A DNA stretch of 64,000 nt from Psammoneis japonica (GCA_008632985.1 QPGO01000032.1:369330-433329), one strand, 5' to 3'. Positions 24,298 through 37,860 are shown, counted from the stretch's first letter. Numbers and translations are program-made. The notes: generated by a model not told the origin, from the sequence alone.

Positions 24298-25617
24298 ATG
24301 CGTTTCTTTACCCTTGCTTTCCTATTGGCCGCTTTCGCCATTGGCGTCAGTCGATCGGTCACTGAGGAAAACAATGCATCAGCAAGTGTTGCATGAAAAA
24401 ATGGAGTCTTTCTCATTGAATTATCCCCGTTCTCATTCGCATTCCTTTCTCGTCTATATCAGATGCAGCTGGAAGACCCATCTGAAGATGGTCCTGTTGA
24501 AGAAGAACAAGGTTATGTTGTCGTCTCGGAAGGAGACGAGCAAGAACATCGCTATTTACGACGCACGAGACCCTCTGGTAGAGGGGCGTTACCCGCTGGC
24601 GTCACCGTCGTGCCGGGTCCCCCGGGCATGATCACCATTATTTTGAGGGTTTACGTCTGGTACTTGCTGGGGGCGAAAGACTTGTGCATCAATCCTGTCG
24701 AGTGGTGCAACACTAAAGTTATCGAAGAGTTTGAATACGCAAAACTGTACCAAGACGAACCAGATGCGATTGCGGTCTACGCAATGGTGGAAGCTGGGGC
24801 CACCTGCTGGGCACAGGCTAAGTCCCTCTCAAGGCTAAACGCAATGGTTTATGGGCAAGCCGAGATCAGCTTCAAGCAAACAGGACGTCTCTTTCCAGAC
24901 CCCGAAATCGCCTTAAAATCGAAGTTGCATTCGTGTACACTGTCTGTGGCATTCGCCCGAAGTGAGTCCGAAGTTGCAGCTTTCTCTCAAGGGACAGCTG
25001 GTGCATCGGTGAAACCGAATGGAATGTGCAAAACCATCCCGCGCTTTCATAGGTGGTACAAGCGTCTCTGTACCACTGGACATGGAGAAGTGGAAGCTGC
25101 TTTCGAGGCTGATGCTCTTAGCGTTTCTTCCAGTTTCTCCCGTGCGCTTGCAGAGTCCAAAAATTCACCGTTAGTGAGCGTGATATCCAAAGGCAGGATC
25201 ATCCATTCCTTGGAGGCTGTTGTGGTTGGAGGAGCGTCGAGCTTCACTCGGTCCAGAGCCAAATCGTTTACTTCTCCCTTCACTGATGTCATCGCCGATG
25301 TAGATGGTTACACTTGGATTCAAAACTGCATAGAGTGGTTGGTGGACTTCTGCGGTTCTCATCGCTTTCCTTGGTGTGAGCAAGTGAAAATCAACGAGTA
25401 TTGTAAAGATGCAGAAGCAGAGGCCCATACCAGGGTCAGCGCCAAGGCCGACGCTTTTTCCAAGGCTGTTGCGGAATCATTTGGGAACCTCGAAGTTTCA
25501 GTTGCAATGAATGCGTATTTCAGACGCGACAAACTTACGGGCGTACTCGACATGGGCTTGAACAAGAATTCTGGTTTTTCTGCAGGAGTCGTCACTACCT
25601 GTACAGCCAAGACCTAA
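24298..25617 (+). CDS. Secreted uncharacterised protein, family copy C (~412 aa); exons 24298-24381, 24463-25617; GC-AG intron
   Basis: Exon 1 MRFFTLAFLLAAFAIGVS; donor GCAAGT at 24382 where paralogues have GTAAGT; exon 2 is the intact ORF 24463..25617. Confidence 0.8.
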
Positions 25618-26097
25618 AAGGAACGATGGAATGCGCTGAGCGAACAGGGGCGATGAACTCGTCTTTTCGCTGGGTGTTGGACGATTGTTTGGAAGTGCAT
25701 GTTTACTGGAGATCAGCAGTCCAAAATGGAGTTACTGAAAAGGTTTTACAATGAGTTGAGAGGAGAAGTTGGCTTGACTTGTTGACTCTGTGGCGTTGTC
25801 TCAATACTTAAAACGAATTTCGACCTAATTCATCTCTCCTGTTGTGTCTGAGAGAGAGTATTTGTGTGGGTGCGTTTACAAAAGGATTTCGTCTGATTTT
25901 TTTGAATGATCAAGCTAGTAGTTAGTACCAGGTATCTAATGGGGTGTCAGCCAGTTGTTTACTCTAGAGTAGCTCGGTGCCACACCAATTTATTATGTAC
26001 GTTCTCGGCAAACCCGTTTTCCTACTACTCGTCTTTTTAGTGGCACTTCATCCAGTTTCCTTTTGGCATTGTTAAACGAGCTACCAACCTTTTCTTT

Positions 26098-27274
26098 TTA
26101 CGCCCATCCTCGCAACTGGCAGTGCACTCGTGCTACCGACGTCATGTAGTCTTGCGCACCAAAGCCCGTTGCATAATTGCTTTTGGTTGCAAGTGTCATG
26201 TACTTTTCAGCCTTGCTAAGTTCTCCTCTCGACTCACAATACAAGCCAAGGTAAAAGTTTGCATAAAACTCTTCTGCAAGACTATGTGACGAAACGACGT
26301 AAAATGGCTAGTATGAGCTTTAGAGCAGAGAGACATAAGCACAAGACAATGCAGACCAAAAGTACTTACTTTCCGCGGTGACCTGCTAAGGCGAGGTCCT
26401 GTTCAGTAGCTTCTCCACGAAACAGCGAATAAACGGCGGACTAATACAAGAAATCAAAAACTCTTTTGAGCAACAAGCATGCATATACCGACAACCAGAC
26501 AACACAAGCAACATACCATAATTTTTCTGCGATCGGATCTTCCTCTTGGTAAGGACATCATGTCGGGAGGAGGAAGCGTCTTTGGATTGAGCTGCGACAA
26601 GCAAGCAATGTCCCACACAATTTCTTCGACATCCTGTGAGAGAAAAACGAAATAATACGTCAGGATGAAGCGAAAGCAGCGCATACGGTAGCACTGAGGC
26701 AGTTGCGACTTACTGCAGGATTGACTCTTACGTCGTATCGGAACTGCAGAGAGTGACAAGGCAACAATAGTCAATCGTGTTTGAGAAAGAAAAATAGGAA
26801 AACAAAGAAAAATAGGTGCTTTCAATTACCTGATCGCTCCCCTCCTTGAAACGATTCGCGTAATAGTAGCTAATTCCACGCTGCCATAGAAAAGGGCGGA
26901 GAGCACTGTCTGCCCGATCAACCTGATCGAACTTTTCAATCGAGCCCTCGACTGATCGTTATAATGAACAGAGTCAAAACAGAGAACAGAGACAAAGCAT
27001 GAGAAAACGGCATACAGGAACTGATAAGAAGCAGTGATAACTTACTGTCACCCTCCTTAAAGAGCTCCATGCCCTTTGCCAGTAGTTTACGTGGTGGTAT
27101 GGTGGTTGTAGAGATGTCATTGGTGGCCACCATGTGCATCGGGGTACGCCTTGAACGTGAAAACGCCGGCTTGGAATTCAATGACCTCGAGAACGCCTTG
27201 TTGTTCACAACAAGTGAACCGTTCGTCGGTAGCATCCAACATTGTAGAAGAGTCAAGATCATATACGTCCTCAT
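26098..27274 (-). CDS. Multi-exon TPR (NlpI-like) protein, probably plastid-targeted
   Basis: Spliced translation MRTYMILTLL..GMELFKEGDIEGSIEKFD..PFLWQRGISYYYANRFKEGSDQ|FRYDVRVNPA|DVEEIVW..|SAVYSLF..|EEFYANFYLGLYCE..DYMTSVARVHCQLRGWA*, with GT-AG introns; resembles the plant/bacterial 'LWQRG..DYM..A.VHC' TPR family. Confidence 0.8.
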
Positions 27275-27984
27275 CGTTGTTATGCACTTTTGGTACAATA
27301 TTTTTTGTTGTGGTTGTACGCAATCTGCAGCTGATGGGTGTTTCGAAAAACAGAACAATGCCAATCGGCAAGAAGATCTTCTTCTGAAATTCTTTTGAGT
27401 CTTGTTTGGGCGCAGAAACCGCCATCAGAATGAATTTTTCAATGTCCAGGGTGAGATTTAATCATATTCGTATTCTAATATGTTTTCATTAGTATTTAGT
27501 TTAAAATTCCTGAAGCATGAAAATAAAAATGGGTCGTGGATTGCGACAAAGTGTGTGTAGTGTGCGCCAAACAGAATTCCGAAGGGGCGAATCTTCAAGA
27601 TTCAGTTTCCATAGCTCGTTGCGAGGAAATTATCGTCACCAGCAACAAGCTGCTAAGCATCAGGGTAGGGCCCTACTTACGTGGCGAAGGGAGAGAGAGT
27701 GTGTGCGTGTGTGTGTCGGCACTGAGAGCTAGCAAGAAAAGGAGGGGTTGTTGCTGCTCTACTCTTTCCTCCGCTACTAGAGTCCATTTTGTAAATAAAG
27801 TCTTCTAGAGCTAGAAGTAGTAGGTACTCTCTACTCTAGAGTGCTCGGTATTGTTCGATCATCATCTCTAGCAACGTGCGGCATTCAAGAGATTATTTAT
27901 TATTTTTACACACTGCTCTATCCACAAGAAGTGAAAGAGTGAAATACGATAAAAGGCACGGATAAATTTCTAAGTGCCGCCCTT

Positions 27985-30900
27985 TCAATAGTCCTTCAGT
28001 ATCAACCAAAGTGCAATCACAAACAGCACGACCAGCACCACAGCGTACACAAGAACGTAGCACCGCAAACGTCTGTTGGTCCGCTCTTTCAATTCCCTAC
28101 GTAGGGGCTTCTTTGCTTGTTTCGACCTTCCCGCCACGTGGATGACACCAGCGGAGACGTACCGAACTAAAAAGCCCACGAAAATTGGAGCATAGAGGCC
28201 AACATACCATCCCGAGCATGTTCTGTCAGTTACGCTATCATCATTTTGCGCAAGGCCCAACAAAGAAAACGATCCCATATTGACTGGGAAATTAACGGCA
28301 TCCTCTGTGCTTGTGAAACCACTTTGCTCCGGCAGACATCGATGCTCCGAGACAACCGTGCTTTCAATAAAGGACTTGGATTGGGAGAACAAGCCGGAAA
28401 AGATTTGTAGAACTGGTGAATCAGCAACATCTTTAACGAACGGAATTCGGCAGTTGTCAGAAGCTTGTAAGTCGCCGCTACAAACAAAAGCTAAATACAC
28501 TCGGTAACTTACTGGAAAACGTGATTGGTTCCATGGTGCCGCTAAACAAAAGGCCAAAGAATGCAAGAAAAAAGCCAATGACAGTAACAACGTTCCCCGG
28601 CGGCACTACAAGAGGTAAGAATAGAGACCAGGCAGTCGAAAACCAAGCAAGGACCACATATGCCGCGCAGAAGTGGAACCACATACTTATTGACTGACGA
28701 AGCCACCACGTGATCAAAGCTGCGATAAAAGCTTGACTCAAGTGCTCAATGGACGACATTATGTTGACAGCAAGAAAGTAGGCATTGACGTCGTAGCCGG
28801 ATGCAGCCTCCCTAAAGAATTCAGTTTGTTTGTCGGTAATGTCTTTCGCTGCTGTCAAGCCAATTAAGACCGAAAAAATCACGCAAATTTTGAGACCAAA
28901 ACTGTTCAAATAGTTCAGGGGATTCGCAGAAAGGTTCGTTAGCAAGATTTGAGCCGACTACTACCTACCGGTAGAGAGAAGTTGGGCACGGTGACGGTCA
29001 CACTTACCGTTGTAATTCTTCAGATCCAAGAGTGGCATAGCTATATACCTCGGGAAGCGCGGGAGCCAAGACTTCTGCATCAGTTGAAGTGAGCACTTCA
29101 AATGGAATGGTAGCATTCGTCTCGACAGTGACTTCCGCAGTTCCTGCCATGGCGGAAATCAAAGCCGACGCGCCAATGATGACGACGGTGTCAATAATCT
29201 TGCTGAAATAGTTGCGCCGCCAGACTAATGCGTAGCGCTTCATTTGAATCCAGAGTTGTCCAGCAAATGCCGGTTTCTTAACCGCGCTGGGTATGTCATA
29301 TGGCCTTGGTGCACTGTAAAATTCTCGCTCACCCCGACTCATTTCCATGAAGTAATCATTCCATTTCTCGAAGAGTTCCTCCCTTCTAGCTTTTGCTACT
29401 TCTTCGTCGACTTCTTCCTTTCGACTTGATGGGCCAGCTGCGTGAAAGCAGTGGCCGGAGTAGGTCGATGTCTGCCTACGTCGCAGACTCGGGAGTGGTG
29501 CTTCTTCGTGAACTGTATGACTAGATTCCCAATCACCCATTTCATGCAGTCCAATAGGCAGACCGGGAGATTGACCGCGACAGAGTGACGGAGGAGGTGG
29601 GGCCGTTGACAGCCCTTCGTAGCATCTGGGAGCCGCCATTGTTTGAGATGATCTTTGCGGCGGGTATGGGCACAGGTGGCCCGTGCTTATGTCGATAAGC
29701 CAGTCTGCAATACTCTCCCCCGGGGAACAGGGATACTCACTAAAATATTCACTAACGTATCGCAACGGCCCGTGATAAACCATTTTTCCGCCAGCTCCGA
29801 GCAGAATCAGGGAATCAAACAGGTCGAAAATAGACTTTCGAGGTTGGTGGATCACGCTGCAGGCTGACAAACCCTCCTTGTCAACAAGCGAACGTAGACA
29901 ATTCATGACCAAGAATGCAGAGCTCGCGTCAAGGCCTAGCGCAGTTTTCAGAGTCAAGATGTGGTGTATGAGTTAATGCGTTTGCGATCGACACAAAGAG
30001 CTCAACGGTCCGTACCTGACGTGGGCTCGTCAAGAACAATCGAGGACGGCCGCGCCATCAACTCTAGTCCTATGTTGACCCGTTTTCGTTCTCCTCCCGA
30101 AACTCCACGCCTCCTTACATCACCGACAATGCTATGACCAACACGAGTGAGACCTAGGGAAGCAATTGTCTTGTCAGCCAGGTCCTCAATCTCATAGCTG
30201 TCCGTTCCTTGTGGTAAACGGAAACGACCACTGTACAGAAAATTTTCTCTAACCGTCAGCTCAGCGTAGACGATGTCATCCTTGGGTCGCATATAGTCAC
30301 GATTCAGACGAGATGACAAAAACGAGATTATTCATTCTTTTCTTTTGGAAATGTCTGAGGAGCGGAAAGAGCAGCAAGACTTACCTGAGGGACAAATCCG
30401 AGAAGAGACTTGTGGGCATCGATGTCTGCCACCTTGCCGTTGATTTTGGTAACGCCCGACACCTTGCCGTATGATGCGCGGCCACAAAGAGCATTCAGTA
30501 GACTTGTTTTGCCAGCCCCTGACCCTCCCATGATAGCTGTCATTGTCCCCGGTTGCAGTCGGCCGGTTACGTCGTCGACAACTCTTATGGACTTCCCACC
30601 TATTTCAAGTGTTAACGACAAATGCTGAAAACTTATGTCGAGACCTCGTTTCGCCCTGGGAGTTCTTCCGGCTTCTTCATCTTCGCCTTCAAGGCCAAGG
30701 ACCGCAGCTTCCTTCAAAAACAATGGGTAGTACTTGACAAAATCGTCTTTACCGACCGACTTCGGGGATGAAACCCTTTCTCTGTTTCTGGTACCGCCTC
30801 GACGACCAGAAGTAACATCACCAATGCTGGTAGCACGACTTGTCACTCTGTCAAGAAGGGTCGGCTGCAAAGCTCTGCTCTGTTTCCGGATGAGCTCGGT

Positions 30901-32110
30901 AAATCTGGAGACAATATGATGAATCTGAACATCACTCAAGAACGTTGATAGCTCAGAAATGTAGAATAAGGCGAAAGGAATACTCCCTTCCCTATCCACT
31001 CCCATGTTTCGCGCAATACTATTGTACAATGCTGCACATTCTTCTACCGTAGGCCCAAAATTGCTAGACTCTGCAAACACTCGAATGAAGTGGGCTTCAA
31101 AAATGTCCCTTGACACCGCAGATGCATCTCGCGGCGCACCGCCGAGGCTATTCATTCTTGTTACAAATTCTTTCAGCTGAAAGGAATTCAGCTTTAAGAT
31201 TTTGTTAAGTTCTCTGTAAGACACTTCGTCTCTATCCCCATAGAGCTCATAAAAGAACTCTCCTGGATCAAAATCAATAGTTCCATCTGGATTGAACTTT
31301 ACCGTCAAGCTACCTTCATCTCTATTGCCACCAGCTCCATCTGCGGCCTGCATTTCGCGAGCACGCTTCACTAACAATTCCAACTGTGGTCGCACGCGTT
31401 TCAACCGTTCTTGATTCTGGGATTCAATCAACGGTGCCATTTTGGCGTCGAGGCGGCGCTTTTGCAGTTCCTTCACCTTGTCTGAGACACGTTTGTTGTA
31501 CCTCAAAGTCAAACCCCAAATTATGTACGAGACTGCTGCAATGCCAACCGCAATGATACCAAAATAGCCCGCACTTTGCCTTTGAAGACTTTTGCTTCCA
31601 ACGCCGCAAGCATCACATTTCAGTTCTGGTTCCGCCGTCTATAAGGTAACAATCCCACCGCCAGAAAGGGAGTGGACAGAGACGTAAGTATCGCTTCGTC
31701 GTCAGGAGGCGAGGGCCAACTACATTAAGGTACGTACCTTGTGAGGGCAAAACTTCCCAGATGGGCAAGCAATTTCTGTAACCTGGAGGACGACACAAGA
31801 AGTTTTGCCGAAGCCAATGAGAACTCTGCAGAAGAACTTTCAGAAAACCCAAGTTCATACATGGACATACCGAATCTGGACAGAACATGCCAACCGGGCA
31901 GTTAAGGTACATATTTTCTCCTTCTGGGCACCTTATTCCGGCAAACAAATCTCCAAATAGAAAGTCATCTCTTGTCCTCCTCCTAATTTCTTCACAGCTT
32001 TCTGTGACGCCGTCTTTGCAAATGAAACCCGCAGGACAGTTCGACTGAGCGAAGCCGACCCGCGTGCAACAAAATAAGATGAGAATAAGCCACGACGCGC
32101 CGCATTTCAT
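27985..32110 (-). CDS. ABCG (White-type) half-transporter with signal peptide and Cys-rich N-terminal ectodomain; multi-exon
   Basis: Walker A GGSGAGKT, signature VSGGERKR, Walker B IVLDEPTSG|LD, H-loop IHQPR, followed by an ABC2 membrane domain; N-terminus MKCGASWLILILFCC with CPAGFIC/CPVGMFCP. Confidence 0.9.
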
Positions 32111-32170
32111 GATTGCTGTGTTAGCCTGTAGATGTTGTTTGACTTCAATAGTTTCCGGTTGTCTCAGAAA

Positions 32171-32320
32171 ATATGAGTGAGAGATCGTCAGTGGTTTACG
32201 TTTGGGTTGATGTTTTGTTCCCACGAATCAAAACGGTTGTCTTAGATAATATGAGTGAGAGATCGTCAGTGGTTTACGTTTGTATTGATGTTGTTTTGTT
32301 CCCACGAATCATCAAAACGC
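32171..32320. repeat. ~78-bp tandem duplication upstream of the ABCG start
   Basis: atatgagtgagagatcgtcagtggtttacgtttg at 32171 and 32249. Confidence 0.85.
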
Positions 32321-32473
32321 GACGCTTGATCAGATTCACGTTGACTGACTACCACAAACCTCGTACGCAGCGATTGGCAAAAATGGGACTGCTATTCGCG
32401 ACCCCTGACTCGTGGTTGGCAAATTGGAATAGCTCGTTGAATGCCTCATCAACTTGCCCCGGAACCAGAGTAG

Positions 32474-33535
32474 CTAGCTTAAGACGTGACCTTCTTTCAT
32501 AGACACACTAACAAGCTCTCCACTAGCTTGGTAATGCCGGATAATAGCCCTGGCTTCCCCAGTTGTCGGACAGCAAGCGCCCATTGAGATTTCAAAATCA
32601 CGATCATGCTTTGACTCACTGGTGCTTGTCCCGTCTCCCAGCGAGGTGTCATATCCCAAGGTACAACCCAAATCTAGTTTTGAGATCCAGGCTGAAGCTA
32701 TGGTCTTGGCGCTAGTAGCATCGCGGTCCGAATCTATGCCCTCATTCATATCATCTTGATCACTATCAGTGAATTCTTCACCGCTTTCGGCTTCGCGTTT
32801 TGGTTGTTGCGGCTCAAAGCGTTCCCATTTAACTCTTTGAAGCATCCATGGCTGGTTTATGGATGACATTCGACATTTTGTTTCCTTTTCCCAGACAATA
32901 GAGGATGGCGGTGTCTGCAAGACCGTCACTTTGCAGGAGGAGCAATCGTTTTCTGCAGCTGGAGCTTCTGCAGCTCGTGGAGGAACTCGGAAGAATCTTG
33001 CAGCCATTGCTGAGTTATGCGTCATTTCAACAATATTAGAACTGCTGTCCTCCTGATCTTTACAAACACACAGGTTGGTAGACAGAACAACTCTTGAATT
33101 CATGTAAGAGAAAGGTAGGCTGGACAGCAGTTCATGAGACGTCTCAGAAAACAGGTTGACAGGTCCACTACTATAACCACCATTGTCCCAGTAAATGAAT
33201 CCATCATTAGCTCTGTTTAGATACGGACCGCTTTCCTCTTTGTTGTCTCCACGGTTGACAAAAGGAACCTCCCGAATTCCTTGCACCGCTCCACCACAAG
33301 AACGCATTACTTCTTCGACTGCCTGAACGTTCTCGTTATCGGAATCATTGACGAACCATTTATACGTTGTGAGCTTATCACAAAACGTATCGAAACGAGG
33401 AGAAGCACAGGAAGCGAGCGCATCACCACTTGTTGCTCTGAGCAACGCAATGAAAAAGGCGACGGATGCTTTTCGCGTGAGCAATACGACAGCATTCCGG
33501 TCCAAACGATTTCTGATAACACTACTTGTTGTCAT
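32474..33535 (-). CDS. Hypothetical protein (~353 aa)
   Basis: Long ORF of normal composition with a hydrophobic N-terminal segment; YLNRANDGFIYW core; family not recognised; start uncertain. Confidence 0.7.
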   Translation of the reverse strand: MTTSSVIRNRLDRNAVVLLTRKASVAFFIALLRATSGDALASCASPRFDTFCDKLTTYKWFVNDSDNENVQAVEEVMRSCGGAVQGIREVPFVNRGDNKEESGPYLNRANDGFIYWDNGGYSSGPVNLFSETSHELLSSLPFSYMNSRVVLSTNLCVCKDQEDSSSNIVEMTHNSAMAARFFRVPPRAAEAPAAENDCSSCKVTVLQTPPSSIVWEKETKCRMSSINQPWMLQRVKWERFEPQQPKREAESGEEFTDSDQDDMNEGIDSDRDATSAKTIASAWISKLDLGCTLGYDTSLGDGTSTSESKHDRDFEISMGACCPTTGEARAIIRHYQASGELVSVSMKEGHVLS

Positions 33536-34001
33536 GTCAAGGGATAAGCGCAAGTAAGCAATACGGTAAATGTTATCAGTGTTGAGAAGAAAGAGAAGCG
33601 GTTGCAGCAGCGGCGTTCGAGTTCATCGTATCGCCTCCTTGCCGTTCGCGCTCGTCACTCGGCACTCCGTCGTGCGTGTCAGCCTTTATCAAAACTTCAG
33701 ATTTGTTTATATTGTAATTCGAACGCGAAATTTTCGAATTCGCGTAGGAATGCGTAGGCTAATACCATGATAAGTTGCCTCCGACAATATGTCGCTTTTG
33801 GGAGAGCTCAGAGCTCGCGTCCTTTCATCTCTCATGAAATCTTTGACATCATCGGACTATCGGACGAGACAATGGCCGGTGTCCGGTGTTGTCCGGTGTT
33901 GATAGTGTTCAGAGAGCTGAAACAGCTGTTGATGTCGTGGTGTGAGGTCGAGTGGTGACCCATTGTCTTCGTTTGTATAAATATATCAAAAAATTAAAGT
34001 T

Positions 34002-35486
34002 ATGCTTTGGCAAAGTGATACAAGACGACGTTGGCGTTACGCCGTCGTCTGCTTTTTTCTGCTTCTTCTGCCCAACGCTACCAGAGCGTGGACCCCCCAT
34101 CCATGTACTCGCTTTTGCAGTATATCGCCACCAACAGCTCTGCAATCGCAAGTGTCACCAATACTACGTCCATGTCTTCGTTCAATGAGGAACGGAACTA
34201 AACGACTGATCAAGCAATCTCTACCTCCGATTGCACCCCAAGAAGAAAAGGATGTTCGATTCAAGAAACAATTTCGACCAAAGTTTGTTGCGAGGGAATT
34301 TCTTCTTGGTGTCAGAATAATGTGTCTAATCCATCCGCTTCTAATGATATCATCGTTCTTGGTGCATTTGGTTCGAGTAAATGCTGCCAGTTCAATCTCG
34401 GTTGTTGTGCCGATGAATGAGCTTGGTACCACGACTGTCACATCCGCCGTACATGGTGCGGTACCGAACGTCATTTTGCTGCAAAGAATCCAAAATTCGC
34501 TCATTTCCAACTTTCAAGACATTTTTGTCTTTCCAGTGACAGAAGAGATTGCCTACCGTGGGTTTGCTCACGCGTTTGGTGCAGCAATTTCGCAAATCAA
34601 TCTCTGGTGGTTTGTAACTTTTTGTCGGTATCTTTCACCGTTACTTGTTCTGGGAATGCATGTCCTGTATGATATAGGATCAGTTTTTGCTATCTTGTTG
34701 AGTAAAGAGGCGATCCAAGGGAACGTTATGAGGCTAGCCTCTCTCGTACCGAAACTGATTTTATTGCCGACGAAAATTGCAATCGTTTCGACCTTACGGC
34801 AGCCCAAAGAAGAGGGGAGAGTTGAAAGCAAAGGCATCGATGAGGGACTCTTCCAAGATACAAAGGAGGCATATTTCAATGACAGCTTGTCAACAAACTT
34901 CACAATCGAAACGTCATCTGCAAATAATAATGCAACTGATGAAAGTAACCGAGTTGGTCCATTCAACCACAATCTCTTCATTTCAAAGGCAGTGTCCAAA
35001 AAGAGTGGCTTGTCTTCGGAGTCCATTGAACCGATTGCCGACCTGTCTGTTGCTCGCAGTGCCAGATGGTGTGGGGCATACAACTTTGGGATTGCACACC
35101 TGGGATTCTCCTCTGCTAATAATGTTGCTGGTTTCACTTCGGACCGGATCTTATATCTGAGCCGAGGGTTTCAAAAGTGCATTGGTACAATAATCTCGTC
35201 GCTTTTGGTTGAAAGTCGGCTTGTGGTACAACGACGGACACTTTGGGGAGCTATTGGTGCGCACATGGTTTATAACGGAATTACTCATCTGACTCCACTC
35301 CCAAAGTTCATGTCACTTTGGGTAGCGCTGTGTCAGCCAAACAGTCAAGTGTCTGTCAAACCGTGGATTGTTCCTCTGCAAGCCGCTGTGGTGTTTTCCA
35401 TTCACACAAAGCTACTTTGGTCTATTGCTAGTTCCTTGCGTGGGATCGAAAACAGATTTCAGAGAAATGACACGACCCAGTCTTGA
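34002..35486 (+). CDS. CPBP/Abi (CAAX protease type II) intramembrane glutamic protease-like protein, probably plastid-targeted
   Basis: Motifs PVTEEIAYRG, FGIAH and AHMVYN; signal peptide followed by RAWTP. Confidence 0.8.
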   Translation: MLWQSDTRRRWRYAVVCFFLLLLPNATRAWTPHPCTRFCSISPPTALQSQVSPILRPCLRSMRNGTKRLIKQSLPPIAPQEEKDVRFKKQFRPKFVAREFLLGVRIMCLIHPLLMISSFLVHLVRVNAASSISVVVPMNELGTTTVTSAVHGAVPNVILLQRIQNSLISNFQDIFVFPVTEEIAYRGFAHAFGAAISQINLWWFVTFCRYLSPLLVLGMHVLYDIGSVFAILLSKEAIQGNVMRLASLVPKLILLPTKIAIVSTLRQPKEEGRVESKGIDEGLFQDTKEAYFNDSLSTNFTIETSSANNNATDESNRVGPFNHNLFISKAVSKKSGLSSESIEPIADLSVARSARWCGAYNFGIAHLGFSSANNVAGFTSDRILYLSRGFQKCIGTIISSLLVESRLVVQRRTLWGAIGAHMVYNGITHLTPLPKFMSLWVALCQPNSQVSVKPWIVPLQAAVVFSIHTKLLWSIASSLRGIENRFQRNDTTQS

Positions 35487-35699
35487 CGTGTTTCGAAGCA
35501 CGAATGCCTCCATGCGCGAATTTTTGGAAGGTGACATTTCTAGCGGTACTTGACAGAGCTCGCTATAGAACTGGCAACCTCTGTCATAGAACTGAGAATC
35601 TTGGAGAACGAATGCCCTGTCCCCCCTCTCTCTCTCTAAACACATGCAACTTTGTCCCACGTACAAGAATCCAAAGTTAGTCTCGCGCCATCCGCTGAT

Positions 35700-37860
35700 A
35701 ACCTGGGTTTTGATGCATGCTGCACAGCACAATGCTGACAGTGTTTGTGAAGAATCAATAGTTTAAATTGGAAATGGCTAGATACACTCCCTCCTGTTGA
35801 CCGCGTTTGCGTGTGCACACAACATTTCACAATGTGTTTTTTCTGCTGCCCATCACACAGTGCTTGGCACCTGTTTTCCACTCACAGCCCCAGTGTTTTG
35901 ATGCGTGCATGATGGCTTCAGTTGCACAACAGCTGGCAACACATCATCGAACATCAAGCCATTTTTTTTTGGGGGGGGGGGGGGGNGGGAAGAAGCCACC
36001 GTCTTGCCAGCAGAGATGTTGCCCAGGGGTGCATGGCTGGCCAGCACTCACACCAGCTGTGCATGCAAACCTGTGCTTGCTTGCTGCTCACCTTTTTGAC
36101 ATCCAACAATGTGAGGGGTTTTGTTTTCGAAAAAAAAGAAGGCAAAGGTTGACCACTCTTCTCTGCAGACAGTGGCACAAACTGGGCACACAAATCTGCT
36201 GCCAGCTGACAACATGGGGTGGTGTGCATTTGAAAAGAAATCCAATTGGGCTCACCATGACAGCAAAATTTTGTGCCAATGTGAGCAAAGCCAACAATGA
36301 CATGTGTAGAGTCTGAGCACTGCAAGCTTGAAGCTCCAGCTGTTGCACACACCAGCGCCACATGTGCAGATGTTTGCACTGAGAATCATGTGCTGAACTT
36401 CCCTCTTAACTTCTGCAGTGTGATGATGCAATGCTGACATGCCCAAGAAACAAGCACCTCTGTCATGACAAAGCTGCTCAGCCATTCACAGGTGCTGGAG
36501 CTGCAAACAAGAAAACAGCACAGAGTTTGTTTCTAGAAAGTTCAGCAGAGAGGCTTGTGTGAGCCATGAATGATGAAAACACAGGGGCCACAGTGCTTGG
36601 AGCACCACACTTTTCAGGGCTGATTGCCTGCCACCACACCCCCCCCCCCCCCCCACCTTTCATTGTTGGAATTGTCACTGATGCTGGTGAGTGCTGCGCC
36701 ATTGTCTCTTGTTGGCACAGAGTGCAGCATCTTGGGATGGTCTCACCACCAGTTGGACAACAACCATGCTGCGCAGGCTTGTGCCATGGCATTTGGGCAT
36801 TTGCTGTTGTTCCCAGTTGAGCAACTGTTTTTGTTGGGAGCTNTTCTGTCTTTGGGCTTTTTGTGTTGGCGGAGCAGCTCCAGACTGGTGTGTGCTTCCC
36901 ATGGCCAAAGCATGGCAAGACCTCACTTCATTGCAGCTGCAGCTTTGCAGCAAGCCTGGCACCAGTGACAACCAATGACAGTGTGTGAAACCACGCAGGA
37001 AAATTGCCCTGTGCCAGTGGCACATCTGAAGAAAATGTGTGGCCAAGCTGGAAATGATGTCCTTCAAGTGTGGGGAAGTTTGTGCACTGACAAAATTGCC
37101 TCATTTTCCATTGGCAATTGCTCACATCTCAGCCACTGGATGCTTTCACCACAGAGCACAGAGCTTGTGCACAGGATTCTGTGGGCCCAGCATCACATGC
37201 ACAGCCCCACCTGGGGCTGGAGTGCATCTCTTCACAGCACATGAGACCAGCGCACAAAGCTCGGCCCTTTTGAGAAACTGGCTCATCATTCTCGCCATTC
37301 ATTCATGAGGAGTCATTCAACCAAAAAGTGATTCGGCACCTCATCAATGATGTGTTGCACCTTGAAGCTCCACTCTCCATTCTCCCACCCTGGCGGGCCT
37401 TCCTCTCGGTTTTTGACTGTGGCACATGTGCCAGCACTGGGGATGTCCGAGCCCCTTTGCTGACCCAAACAGCATGCTTTCTGTCCTGCTCAAACAGGAT
37501 TGCTGGAAACCACTCTCTGGCAACAGATGAAAGACTCCAACACCACAATGCTTTTCATCAAAGAACACCCCGCAGACTTGTCCATGTCACAGTGAGGAAC
37601 CCCCAGTTGTTGAGCACAAACTCTGAGCCTCATCTTTGCATTTGTTGCTGTGGCCAAAGGCAGCCTTGTCCATCAATTGCTGCTGACCCACGATGCAAGT
37701 CCCGATGCACAAAATGAATGACACTTGCAAAATGTGCCTGCCAGTTGAGGCTTTTTTTTGCTGCTGCTGCTTTCACAGCAGGCAGCACATGCCACCAGGT
37801 CTCCATTCTTTGCCCCTTTTGAACCAGCACTGATGCACCGGCATGTCATGAGTCATCATC
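35700..37860. repeat. TpA-depleted ~2.1-kb domain between the CPBP paralogues
   Basis: Composition; poly-G and poly-C tracts; two N bases. Confidence 0.65.

Noticed and set aside
26936..27425. Stand-alone ORFs 27069..27398 (+) and 27117..27425 (-)
   Set aside because: They overlap exon 1 of the spliced TPR gene, which explains the region better
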